This document shows, in pieces, positions 39,581-47,714 of a stretch of 50,503 nucleotides of DNA (its first letter is position 1; the number at the start of each line of letters is the position of its first letter). The position numbers were made by a program, and so were the translations under genes. A model generated the notes under the pieces. The model saw only the letters and a program-made list of their open reading frames with translations. It searched no databases and was not told the origin of the DNA. Source of the DNA: Nocardioidaceae bacterium (GTDB taxonomy: Bacteria; Actinomycetota; Actinomycetes; Propionibacteriales; Nocardioidaceae); the NCBI GenBank assembly GCA_035296085.1, contig DATHBP010000199.1:1-50503 (forward strand). Reading direction: 5' to 3'.

Positions 39581-39621
39581 CTTTCCACAGGACTCTGGAC
39601 CCGCTGGCGTCCTGTGGAAAG
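39581..39621. promoter_or_regulatory. perfect 13-bp inverted repeat CTTTCCACAGGAC-N15-GTCCTGTGGAAAG upstream of tadA
   Basis: Read directly: arms at 39581-39593 and 39609-39621. The right arm ends 51 nt before the tadA ATG. Each arm contains the 9-mer TCCTGTGGA. Confidence 0.55.
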
Positions 39622-39672
39622 CGTGCGGCATAGTGCCGTGCCAACCGTTCCCCAGTTCAGGGCGCCGCCGCC

Positions 39673-40977
39673 ATGACCACTACGCACGCCGCAGCGCAGG
39701 CAGTTGCCGTCGAGCTCCTCGACGGCGAAGTCCGCGACGCCGTGCGCCGAGAGGGCGTCGACCCGCAGATTGACGGTCCGGGCGTACTGCGACTCATCGA
39801 GCGGGCCGTCGCAGCCTATGAGGACCGCAGCCTCTCCGGCGCCGTACCCCCGCTGGTGGACCGCGCCGAGGTCGTCACCGAGCTGTTGGCTCGGGTGGCC
39901 GGTTTCGGTCCGCTGCAGCGCTACCTCGACGACCCGACCGTCGAGGAGGTCTGGATCAACGAACCCACGCGGGTCTTCGTCGCCCGTGACGGCCGCTCCG
40001 AGCTGACCACCACGATCCTCACGGCAGGTCAGGTACGCGACCTGGTCGAGCGGCTGCTCAAGACCAGCGGACGCCGGGTCGACTTATCGCAGCCGTTCGT
40101 CGACGCCCGACTGCCCAGCGGCCATCGCGTCCACGTCGTTCTGGATGGGATCTCGCGCGACTTCGTGGCCGTGAACATTCGCAAGTTCCACGCCAAGGCC
40201 ACCCGGCTCAGCGAGCTGGTGGAGCTCGGCAGCCTGCCCCCTGCAGCAGCGGGCTTCCTGCAAGCGAGCGTCGTCAGCGGCCTCAACGTACTCGTCTCCG
40301 GTGGCACCCAGACCGGAAAGACGACGATGCTCAACTGCCTGGGAAGTGCCGTACCAGGCAGGGAGCGCGTCGTCTCGTGCGAGGAGGTCTTCGAACTCAA
40401 CTTCGTGCACCCAGACTGGGTTGCGATGCAGACCCGGCAGGCCGGGCTGGAAGGTACCGGCGAAGTGCGCCTGCGGGACTTGGTCAAAGAGTCCCTGCGG
40501 ATGCGCCCCTCTCGCATCGTGGTGGGCGAGGTGCGAGCCGAGGAATGTCTCGACTTGCTGCTCGCGCTTAACGCTGGTCTACCGGGCATGGCCACCTTGC
40601 ACGCCAACTCCGCGCGTGAGGCGCTGGTGAAGATGTGCACCTTGCCGCTGCTGGCCGGCGAGAACATCGGTTCTCGCTTCGTCGTTCCGACCGTTGCATC
40701 CTGCGTAGACATCGTCGTACACCTGGCGATCGACGCGCACGGCCGCAGGCGAGTGAAGGAGATCGTCGGAGTCCCCGGCCGGGTGGAGAGCGACGTCATC
40801 GAGGTCGAGCAGATCTACGCGTTCGCCGACGGCCGGCTCGTACGCTCCCATGGTCGCCCACCGCGCCAGGAGCGCTTCGAGCTGGCCGGCTACGACCTCG
40901 ATGCGCTGTTGACGGTCCAGGTCAGCGCCGAGTCGGTGGCGTCACCGCTCGGCAATGCCGCCATGGTCGCCGGCTGA
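39673..40977 (+). CDS. tadA: CpaF/TadA-family type IV pilus (Tad) secretion ATPase
   Basis: Walker A VLVSGGTQTGKTTMLNCL, Walker B/Asp box PSRIVVGEVRAEE, His box ATLHANSAREAL. Confidence 0.9.
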   Translation: MTTTHAAAQAVAVELLDGEVRDAVRREGVDPQIDGPGVLRLIERAVAAYEDRSLSGAVPPLVDRAEVVTELLARVAGFGPLQRYLDDPTVEEVWINEPTRVFVARDGRSELTTTILTAGQVRDLVERLLKTSGRRVDLSQPFVDARLPSGHRVHVVLDGISRDFVAVNIRKFHAKATRLSELVELGSLPPAAAGFLQASVVSGLNVLVSGGTQTGKTTMLNCLGSAVPGRERVVSCEEVFELNFVHPDWVAMQTRQAGLEGTGEVRLRDLVKESLRMRPSRIVVGEVRAEECLDLLLALNAGLPGMATLHANSAREALVKMCTLPLLAGENIGSRFVVPTVASCVDIVVHLAIDAHGRRRVKEIVGVPGRVESDVIEVEQIYAFADGRLVRSHGRPPRQERFELAGYDLDALLTVQVSAESVASPLGNAAMVAG

Positions 40978-40978
40978 C

Positions 40979-41833
40979 ATGGGCGTAGTCCTCGGTCTCG
41001 GCGTGGGCATCGGCCTGCTTCTGGTTTGGCTGGCGCTCACCGACGATCCAGCGACGCAGGTGCGACGGCCCGGCAGAGGCGGGGTGCGCGAGCTGATGTC
41101 GCGAGCCGGAGTCGAGGGCGTCTCGCCGGCTGCCTTCACCGGGATCTGCTTCGGCACCGGCGCGGTCACCGGCTTGGTCCTGCTCGCCGTTTCCGACACG
41201 GCGCCGGTTGGTGCGATGTTCGCGCTGCTGGCCACGTACGCTCCGGTGGCTCTGTTGCGGGGTCGCGCCCGCCGGCGCCAGCACGAGCTCGCCGAGGTAT
41301 GGCCGGAGGCTGTCGACCACCTGGCTTCAGCGGTTCGCGCCGGGCTGTCCCTGCCTGAGGCGTTGACCCAGCTCGGTGAGCGCGGACCCCAGCCGCTGCG
41401 AGAGCCGTTCCGCAGCTTCGGAGCCGACTACCTCGCCACCGGACGGTTCGGCGACTGCCTCGACCGGCTGAAGGGAACCCTCGCTGATCCGGTGGGTGAC
41501 CGAGTGGTCGAGGCGCTGCGGATCGCCCGGGAGGTCGGCGGCGGTGACCTCGGCCGGATGCTCCGCTCGCTCTCCGGCTTCCTGCGCAGCGATGCCCGCA
41601 CGCGCGCTGAGCTCGAGTCCCGCCAGGCGTGGACAGTCAACGGGGCTCGGCTGGCTGTGGCCGCGCCGTGGCTTGTCTTGCTCATGCTGTCCTTCCAACG
41701 CGACGTTATTCACCGCTATGCGACCGCGACCGGCACTCTCGTCTTGGGAGCCGGTGCGCTGGTGTGCGTGGTGGCCTACCGGTTGATGATGCGCATTGGT
41801 CGGCTACCGGCGGAACGGCGGGTGCTCGGGTGA
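40979..41833 (+). CDS. tadB: TadB-like type II secretion system F-family membrane protein
   Basis: Track ORF trimmed to ATG 40979, 1 nt after the tadA stop. N-terminal TM segment, a cytoplasmic T2SSF-like helical domain (WPEAVDHLASAVRAGLSLPEAL) and two C-terminal TM segments. Confidence 0.8.
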   Translation: MGVVLGLGVGIGLLLVWLALTDDPATQVRRPGRGGVRELMSRAGVEGVSPAAFTGICFGTGAVTGLVLLAVSDTAPVGAMFALLATYAPVALLRGRARRRQHELAEVWPEAVDHLASAVRAGLSLPEALTQLGERGPQPLREPFRSFGADYLATGRFGDCLDRLKGTLADPVGDRVVEALRIAREVGGGDLGRMLRSLSGFLRSDARTRAELESRQAWTVNGARLAVAAPWLVLLMLSFQRDVIHRYATATGTLVLGAGALVCVVAYRLMMRIGRLPAERRVLG

Positions 41834-42765
41834 GCCCGCTGGTCACCGGCGCTGTCCTCGGCATGACTGCCGGATCGGCCGTGCTCCTCGTCTGTGCCAG
41901 GCTGCTTGCCGTCCGGCGACCCAAGCTGGAGCTGCGCCTCGTTCCCTATCTGCGCGACCTGCCGTCTGCAGGCGCTGCCTCCACGTACCGCCCTCCGGTT
42001 TCACGTTCGGTCGCGGGTGCCCTGATCGGACCCTCGCTGGAGCGGACAGCTCGTGCTCTGGAGCGCCTGCTCGGTGGTGCCACTTCGATACGACGGCGCC
42101 TCGACCGCGCCGGCGGCACGTTGACGTTGGAGCAGTTCCGCGCCCAGCAGGTGTTGTGCGGCGTGACTGGCTTCACTCTGGCCGCAGCCGCGGGCGTCCT
42201 CCTCAGTGCCCAGCGGCGCGCGCACCCGGTTGCGCTGCTGGCCATGTGCGTAGCGGCGGTGGCGGTGGGCGTCGTCGCGCGGGAGATCCGGCTGGGCACG
42301 GTCGTACGTCGTCGTGAAGAGCGCATCCTGGCCGAGTTCCCGACCATCGCCGACCTGCTGGCGCTGTCCGTGGCCGCGGGCGAAGGTCCCGTCGCAGCTC
42401 TCGACCGGGTGGTGCGCACGTGCCGTGGCGAGCTGTCGACGGAGCTGGGCCGGCTGCTTGGTGAGATCCGATCTGGAGTTCCCGCGTCCGCGGCGCTCAC
42501 CAACCTGGCCAGGCGCTCCGGCCTCCCGGTGGTGTCTCGCTTCGCCGAGGGGTTCGCTGTGGCGCTCGAGCGCGGTACGCCGCTGGCGGACGTGTTGCAC
42601 AGTCAGGCGGCCGATGTCCGCGAAGCGAGTCGGCGGGCGTTGCTCGAGACCGGTGCCCGCAAGGAAGTGGCGATGATGGTGCCGGTCGTCTTCTTGGTCT
42701 TGCCGGTCACCGTCCTCTTCTCCTTCTATCCCGGGCTCGTCGGCCTCTCCTTCGTCAGCCCTTGA
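41830..42765 (+). CDS. tadC: TadC-like type II secretion system F-family membrane protein
   Basis: Track ORF trimmed to GTG 41830, which overlaps the tadB stop (GTGA). EFPTIADLLALSVAAGEGPVAAL...LARRSGLPVVSRFAEGFAVALERGTPL...EVAMMVPVVFLVLPVTVLF. Confidence 0.8.
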   Translation: MSPLVTGAVLGMTAGSAVLLVCARLLAVRRPKLELRLVPYLRDLPSAGAASTYRPPVSRSVAGALIGPSLERTARALERLLGGATSIRRRLDRAGGTLTLEQFRAQQVLCGVTGFTLAAAAGVLLSAQRRAHPVALLAMCVAAVAVGVVAREIRLGTVVRRREERILAEFPTIADLLALSVAAGEGPVAALDRVVRTCRGELSTELGRLLGEIRSGVPASAALTNLARRSGLPVVSRFAEGFAVALERGTPLADVLHSQAADVREASRRALLETGARKEVAMMVPVVFLVLPVTVLFSFYPGLVGLSFVSP

Positions 42766-42792
42766 CCACACCCCGATCACAAGGAGGCCACC

Positions 42793-42978
42793 GTGTCCCT
42801 GTCGCTGCTGCGGTTCTTGATCGAGCGCTGGCACGACCGTACGGACCGAGGTGACGTACCCGGGTGGGTGCTCATCACGGTCATGACCGCCGGCCTCGTC
42901 GCAGCACTCTGGGCTTTCGCAGGACCAACGCTGCACACCATGTTGAGCGACGCGCTGTCGGCGGTCACTGGACGGTGA
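42793..42978 (+). CDS. Flp/DUF4244-like small prepilin candidate, non-canonical
   Basis: 61 aa. AAGGAGG RBS 6 nt upstream of the GTG. A charged leader ending DRTDRG is followed by the hydrophobic helix DVPGWVLITVMTAGLVAALWAFAG. Its position immediately after tadC matches the pilin slot of actinobacterial tad loci. Confidence 0.6.
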   Translation: MSLSLLRFLIERWHDRTDRGDVPGWVLITVMTAGLVAALWAFAGPTLHTMLSDALSAVTGR

Positions 42979-43382
42979 GGTGGTCGACGTGCGCCGCGCC
43001 ACCACGTCGGTGCGAGCGCGGCGCAGCGGTCGTCGACTTCGTCCTGGTGGTCGTCGTTCTCGTGCCCCTGCTACTCGGCATCCTCCAGCTCGGCCTTGTC
43101 CTGCATGTCCGCAACACACTCACCGCCGCGGCGTCCGCCGGTGCCCGCTTCGCCGCGACGGTTGACGGCACACCTGCGGCGGGAGCAATCCGGACGCGGC
43201 AGATGATCGACGGCGCCTTGGCCGCACGATTCGCCGACCGCGTCAGCGCCGCCTCGACCCGGGTCGCAGGAGTCGCTGGCGTCGTGGTGCGCGTCGAAGC
43301 CGATGTGCCTCCGCTGGGGCTCTGGGGACCGCCCGTACACATCGCAGTCGATGGGCACGCCGTGAAAGAGCGACTGCCGTGA
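42975..43382 (+). CDS. TadE-family minor pilin / pilus assembly protein
   Basis: Track ORF trimmed to GTG 42975 (GTGA overlap with the pilin stop). ERGAAVVDFVLVVVVLVPLLLGILQLGLVLHVRNTLTAAASAGAR is the TadE N-terminal signature. Confidence 0.75.
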   Translation: MRWSTCAAPPRRCERGAAVVDFVLVVVVLVPLLLGILQLGLVLHVRNTLTAAASAGARFAATVDGTPAAGAIRTRQMIDGALAARFADRVSAASTRVAGVAGVVVRVEADVPPLGLWGPPVHIAVDGHAVKERLP

Positions 43383-43834
43383 CACGGCGAGTGCCGCTGG
43401 CTCGTGGGCGGGGCGCCGCGGGCTCAGCACTGGTCGAGGTCAGCTGGCTGGCCCTGTTGCTACTTGTGCCGCTGGTCTACATCCTGCTCGGTGTCTTCGA
43501 CGTTCAGCGCGCCTCCTACGGTGTCAGCGCGGCGACCCGGGCTGCGGGGCGGGCGTTCGCGCTCGCACCTGACGTCGCGACGGCCCGCGAGTGGGCGGTC
43601 CAGGCGGCCGCAGTTGCCCTGCGCGACCAGGGACTACGGCTCGATCCGGCCGCGCTGACAATCACCTGCCGGCCCACAGCCTCGGCCTGCCTGCAACCCG
43701 GCTCGTCCGCCCACGTCGCGCTCAGTGTGCAGGTGCCGTTGCCATTGCTGCCCGATGCGCTGGGCGGTGTCGCGTCGATCCGCGTGAGCAGCAGCCACCT
43801 CGCCCCGTACGGCAGCTTTCGGGAGGCTCGGTGA
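43379..43834 (+). CDS. TadE-like pilus assembly protein (Rv3654c/Rv3655c-like)
   Basis: GTG start overlaps the previous stop (GTGA). GSALVEVSWLALLLLVPLVYILLGVFDVQRASYGVSAATRAAGRAF. Confidence 0.65.
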   Translation: MTRRVPLARGRGAAGSALVEVSWLALLLLVPLVYILLGVFDVQRASYGVSAATRAAGRAFALAPDVATAREWAVQAAAVALRDQGLRLDPAALTITCRPTASACLQPGSSAHVALSVQVPLPLLPDALGGVASIRVSSSHLAPYGSFREAR

Positions 43835-44277
43835 GACCGTGCACTAGGCGTCTTCGGCGCGGGCAGCACGGACAGGTGAGCATCCTCATCGTCGGCTTCG
43901 CAGCCCTAATCCTGCTCCTCGTCACCGTGGTCACTGATGCCTCCGCGGCCTTTCTCCGCCGGCAGGCCTTGGAGGGGCTCGCGGACGGCGCCGCGCTGGC
44001 TGCCGCGGACGGCGTCCACCGCACCTACGTCTACAACCGCGGCCTGGGCGCCGTCGCGCACATCGACCCTGCCCTCGCTCAGCAGTACGTCAGCGAATAC
44101 CTCGCCCGTACTGGTTCCATGGATCGATTTCCGGGCCTACGGTGGAGCGTCGAAGCGGGCGGCGCGTCGGTGACCGTGAGGCTGTCGGCGCCGCTGGACC
44201 TCCCGATCACGCCACCGGGGTGGCTCAAGACGGTGACAATCGAAGGAATCTCGTCGGCGATGGCGGCCGTGAGCTAG
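43831..44277 (+). CDS. TadG-related (Tad-domain) pilus assembly protein
   Basis: Track ORF trimmed to GTG 43831 (GTGA overlap). GQVSILIVGFAALILLLVTVVTDASAAFLRRQALEGLADGAALAAAD resembles the TadE/G-like N-terminal domain. Confidence 0.6.
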   Translation: MRPCTRRLRRGQHGQVSILIVGFAALILLLVTVVTDASAAFLRRQALEGLADGAALAAADGVHRTYVYNRGLGAVAHIDPALAQQYVSEYLARTGSMDRFPGLRWSVEAGGASVTVRLSAPLDLPITPPGWLKTVTIEGISSAMAAVS

Positions 44278-44322
44278 ATGCAGGTGGGACCTCCGGGTCG
44301 CGGCGGAGTGAGGAGGCACGCA

Positions 44323-44754
44323 ATGAACGAGAAGCAGCGCAGCAGCGTCATCCCTTACCTGGTCTACGAGAACGCCGCGGAGGCGCTCGCCTGGCTCTGC
44401 GATGTGTTCGGGTTCGAGGAGGTGCTCCGTCACGAGGGGGCGGACGGGCGCGTCGACCATGCCGAGCTGCGGATCGGTGGCGGCGTGGTGTACCTCGGCG
44501 CTCCGGGCGGCGACTTCACGAGTCCGAAGAACGGCGGCTACCCCGGCTCGCTGGTGTGCGTCGAAGTCGATGACGTGGACGCGCACTACGCGCACGCGCG
44601 GGCCGCGGGCGCGGAGGTCACCGAAGAGCCGACGGACCAGGACTATGGCGAACGCCGCTACACGGTCGTCGACCCCGAGGGTCACCAGTGGTTCTTCTCC
44701 CAGCCACTGCGCGACGTGGCACCGACCGCGTGGGGAGCGCAAACGGCGAGATGA
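44323..44754 (+). CDS. VOC-family (glyoxalase/bleomycin-resistance fold, PhnB-like) protein
   Basis: ATG 44323 is preceded by GAGGAGG 7-13 nt upstream; the track start at 44278 lacks an RBS. VIPYLVYENAAEALAWLCDVFGFEE...YGERRYTVVDPEGHQWFFSQP. Confidence 0.8.
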   Translation: MNEKQRSSVIPYLVYENAAEALAWLCDVFGFEEVLRHEGADGRVDHAELRIGGGVVYLGAPGGDFTSPKNGGYPGSLVCVEVDDVDAHYAHARAAGAEVTEEPTDQDYGERRYTVVDPEGHQWFFSQPLRDVAPTAWGAQTAR

Positions 44755-44793
44755 GTCAGAAACCCATCCCGCCGTGGTTGCGTTCTTCTGTGA

Positions 44794-45735
44794 CTAGCCG
44801 AAAGAGACCCGCGCCCACGCATCCTGTGATGCCGAGTCCAACAGTCGCCACTGGTCACCGGACGCCATGTCGGTCGTGTACCAGTAGCACCACGCGTTGA
44901 CGCCGCGGCGGCCTCGCAGCCAGATGTTGTCGGCGGCGAAGACTTCGATGCGCCGTCTCGCGTCGGCGGCGCTGACCGGTCCACCGTTCACCCCGACACC
45001 GCGCCCGTACTCCGTGAAGCCGTTGAACCGGCGACCGAGGCTCTCGACCTCCTTGATGAAGTTGAGGACACCCTTGTCCTGGGATGCCGGCTGGATCGGG
45101 TTCCACGACGAGTCGGCGCCGCCCCGCTGGTAGGTGTCCAGGTAGAACTGGTCGGCCTTGATGGGCAGGAAGTGGCCACCGATGCCGCGCGAAGAGTTGC
45201 GCCCGCCGTTGTACTGGTAGGAGCCGCCGATCATCACCACCGGGATGGCCGGGTTTGCCGCCTTGATCGCATCGTGCTGGGCGGAGAACTCCTTGACGAA
45301 CTGAGCGCCGGCGGTGGCAGCACCTCCGGCGTAGTCGCCTGCTCCCTCGCACTCGTGGTGGTAGCAGACCTGCACGTCGGCGTCCGCAGGAATGGATCGG
45401 ACGTACGAGGCGGTGTAGGACGAGGCTGACTTGTAGGACACGATGAGGCGCACCCCGTTCGGGATTCCACCTCGGTTGAACGTCGCCGGCAGGGCTCCGG
45501 GATAGAAGAGCCGGGTCGCCGCAATCGGTCCCAGCTCGCCGGTTGCCCGACTCCAGCTGACGTCCTTGACCCGGGCGCCGACGAAGATGCCGTCGCCGGT
45601 GCTGGCGAGACGGTGAGTGCCGAGACGCGTCGATGCGACTGCCCGGTTACCGAACCCGCCGAGCAGCGCCGTGCCGCCCAGTGCCGCCGTGCCCCCGAGG
45701 AAGTGGCGTCGTGAGACGCTCTTCGTGTTCATCAT
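44794..45735 (-). CDS. Tat-secreted TIM-barrel glycoside-hydrolase-like protein (GH26/clan GH-A-like, tentative)
   Basis: Twin-arginine signal SRRHFLGGTAALGGTALL. Candidate acid/base and nucleophile contexts are YHHECEG and GFTEYGRG. The family assignment is from memory of similar secreted proteins only. Confidence 0.5.
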   Translation of the reverse strand: MMNTKSVSRRHFLGGTAALGGTALLGGFGNRAVASTRLGTHRLASTGDGIFVGARVKDVSWSRATGELGPIAATRLFYPGALPATFNRGGIPNGVRLIVSYKSASSYTASYVRSIPADADVQVCYHHECEGAGDYAGGAATAGAQFVKEFSAQHDAIKAANPAIPVVMIGGSYQYNGGRNSSRGIGGHFLPIKADQFYLDTYQRGGADSSWNPIQPASQDKGVLNFIKEVESLGRRFNGFTEYGRGVGVNGGPVSAADARRRIEVFAADNIWLRGRRGVNAWCYWYTTDMASGDQWRLLDSASQDAWARVSFG

Positions 45736-45878
45736 GGTTTGTCCCCTTAGATTTACCTTCTATCACTAAAAGTAGCAGAAGTATCACTGTCCGTATAGAG
45801 CAACGAGCACGGAGAGTTATTGATTTCGTACTCTCAGTACATGACCGTTGCCATCAGCCGCGCGTACAGTGAGACCCC

Positions 45879-46994
45879 ATGGCGCCACCGGACTTCGAGA
45901 CCGAGCTCAAGGCGCTGAGTGCGACCCTGCACACCGTCGAGCAGGTGCTCGATATCAACTCGATGCGACGCGAGATCGCGTCGCTCCAAGAGCAGGTGTC
46001 CGCGCCCGACCTGTGGGACGACCAGGTGAACGCCCAACGTGTCACTGGTCGCATGTCGTTGCTGCAAGGCGACATCGAGCGGGTCGGCGCGTTGCGGGCC
46101 CGGCTTGACGACGTAGCTGTGCTGGCCGACCTTGCGTCGGAGGAGAACGACGACGGCGTACGTGGCGAGGCCGAGGCGGAGTTGCGCCGGCTCGCGAAGG
46201 CGATCGAGGCGCTCGAAGTCCGCACGCTCCTCGCGGGGGAGTACGACGCCCGCGACGCGCTGGTCAGCATCCGCGCCGGCGCAGGGGGCGTCGATGCGGC
46301 CGACTTCGCCGAGATGCTCCTGCGCATGTACACGCGCTGGGCGGAGCAGCACGGCTACCCGGTCGAGGTCTACGACACCTCCTACGCCGAGGAGGCCGGG
46401 CTCAAGTCCGCCACGTTCGCCGTGAAGGCTCCGTACGCCTACGGAACGCTGTCGGTCGAGCAGGGTACGCACCGGCTCGTCCGCATCTCACCGTTCGACA
46501 ACCAGGGCAGGCGGCAGACCTCCTTCGCCGGCGTCGAGGTCGTGCCCGTCATCGAGCAGACCGACAAGATCGAGGTGCCCGAGGATGAGCTGCGGGTGGA
46601 CGTCTACCGCTCGTCGGGCCCGGGCGGCCAGAGCGTCAACACCACGGATTCGGCCGTGCGCCTGACGCACCTGCCGACCGGGCTGGTGGTCAGCTGCCAG
46701 AACGAGAAGTCGCAGCTGCAGAACAAGGCCAGCGCGATGGTGATCCTGAAGGCCAAGCTGTTGGCGCTGAAACGCGCCGAGGAGCGCGCGGAGATGGACG
46801 CGCTGCGCGGTGACGTCGCCGGCTCGTGGGGCGACCAGATGCGCTCCTACGTCCTGCACCCCTACCAGATGGTCAAGGACCTGCGCACCCTGCACGAAAC
46901 AGGCAACACCACGGCGGTCTTCGACGGCGACATCGACGAGTTCCTGGCAGCCGGAATCCGCTGGCGCCGCGGCCACATGGCCGCGGCCAACTGA
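45879..46994 (+). CDS. prfB: peptide chain release factor 2
   Basis: SPF tripeptide (RISPFD) and GGQ motif ([17 protein letters not shown]). A single uninterrupted ORF from the ATG. Confidence 0.95.
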   Translation: MAPPDFETELKALSATLHTVEQVLDINSMRREIASLQEQVSAPDLWDDQVNAQRVTGRMSLLQGDIERVGALRARLDDVAVLADLASEENDDGVRGEAEAELRRLAKAIEALEVRTLLAGEYDARDALVSIRAGAGGVDAADFAEMLLRMYTRWAEQHGYPVEVYDTSYAEEAGLKSATFAVKAPYAYGTLSVEQGTHRLVRISPFDNQGRRQTSFAGVEVVPVIEQTDKIEVPEDELRVDVYRSSGPGGQSVNTTDSAVRLTHLPTGLVVSCQNEKSQLQNKASAMVILKAKLLALKRAEERAEMDALRGDVAGSWGDQMRSYVLHPYQMVKDLRTLHETGNTTAVFDGDIDEFLAAGIRWRRGHMAAAN

Positions 46995-47017
46995 GTGGTT
47001 CACCTAAACTCGGGTCG

Positions 47018-47707
47018 GTGATCCGCTTCGAAGACGTCACCAAGACCTACCCCGGACAGAGCCGGTCGGCGCTGGAGAAGGTGACCGTCGAGGTGGCCAA
47101 GGGGGAGTTCGTCTTTCTCGTCGGTGCGTCCGGATCAGGCAAGTCCACGTTCTTGCGGCTGGTGTTACGCGAGATCCGCCCGAGCAGGGGCCGGGTCTAT
47201 GTCGCGGGCCGGGAGATCGACCGGCTGGTCGGCTGGAAGGTGCCGGGACTGCGCCGGCAGATCGGCACGGTGTTCCAGGACTTCCGTTTGCTGCCCACCA
47301 AAACGGTCAGTGAGAACGTCGCCTTCGCGCTGCAGGTGATCGGCAAGCCTCGTAGCCACGTCAAGCGGGTGGTGCCAGAGACCCTCGAGCTGGTCGGCTT
47401 GGAAGGGAAGGGTGACCGGCTGCCCGACGAGCTCTCGGGCGGGGAGCAACAGCGGGTGGCGATCGCCCGCGCGTTCGTCAACCGGCCGATGATCCTGATC
47501 GCGGACGAGCCCACCGGCAACCTCGACCCGACCACCTCGGTTGGGATCATGAAGCTGCTCGACCGGATCAACCGCACCGGCACCACGGTGGTGATGGCCA
47601 GCCACGACGCCGGCATCGTCGACCAGATGCGCAAACGCGTCATCGAGCTCGACGGTGGCAGGGTCGTTCGCGACCAGGCCCGCGGCGTCTACGGCTATCA
47701 GAGCTGA
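47018..47707 (+). CDS. ftsE: cell division ATP-binding protein FtsE
   Basis: Track ORF trimmed to GTG 47018 ([13 protein letters not shown]). Walker [13 protein letters not shown] signature [14 protein letters not shown], Walker [13 protein letters not shown]. Confidence 0.93.
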   Translation: MIRFEDVTKTYPGQSRSALEKVTVEVAKGEFVFLVGASGSGKSTFLRLVLREIRPSRGRVYVAGREIDRLVGWKVPGLRRQIGTVFQDFRLLPTKTVSENVAFALQVIGKPRSHVKRVVPETLELVGLEGKGDRLPDELSGGEQQRVAIARAFVNRPMILIADEPTGNLDPTTSVGIMKLLDRINRTGTTVVMASHDAGIVDQMRKRVIELDGGRVVRDQARGVYGYQS

Positions 47708-47714
47708 CGACTCC

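Noticed and set aside
45879-46994. Programmed +1 frameshift site in prfB
   Set aside because: The RF2 ORF is continuous from its ATG, with no early in-frame TGA or CUU-UGA slippery context. That is consistent with actinobacterial prfB genes lacking the autoregulatory frameshift.
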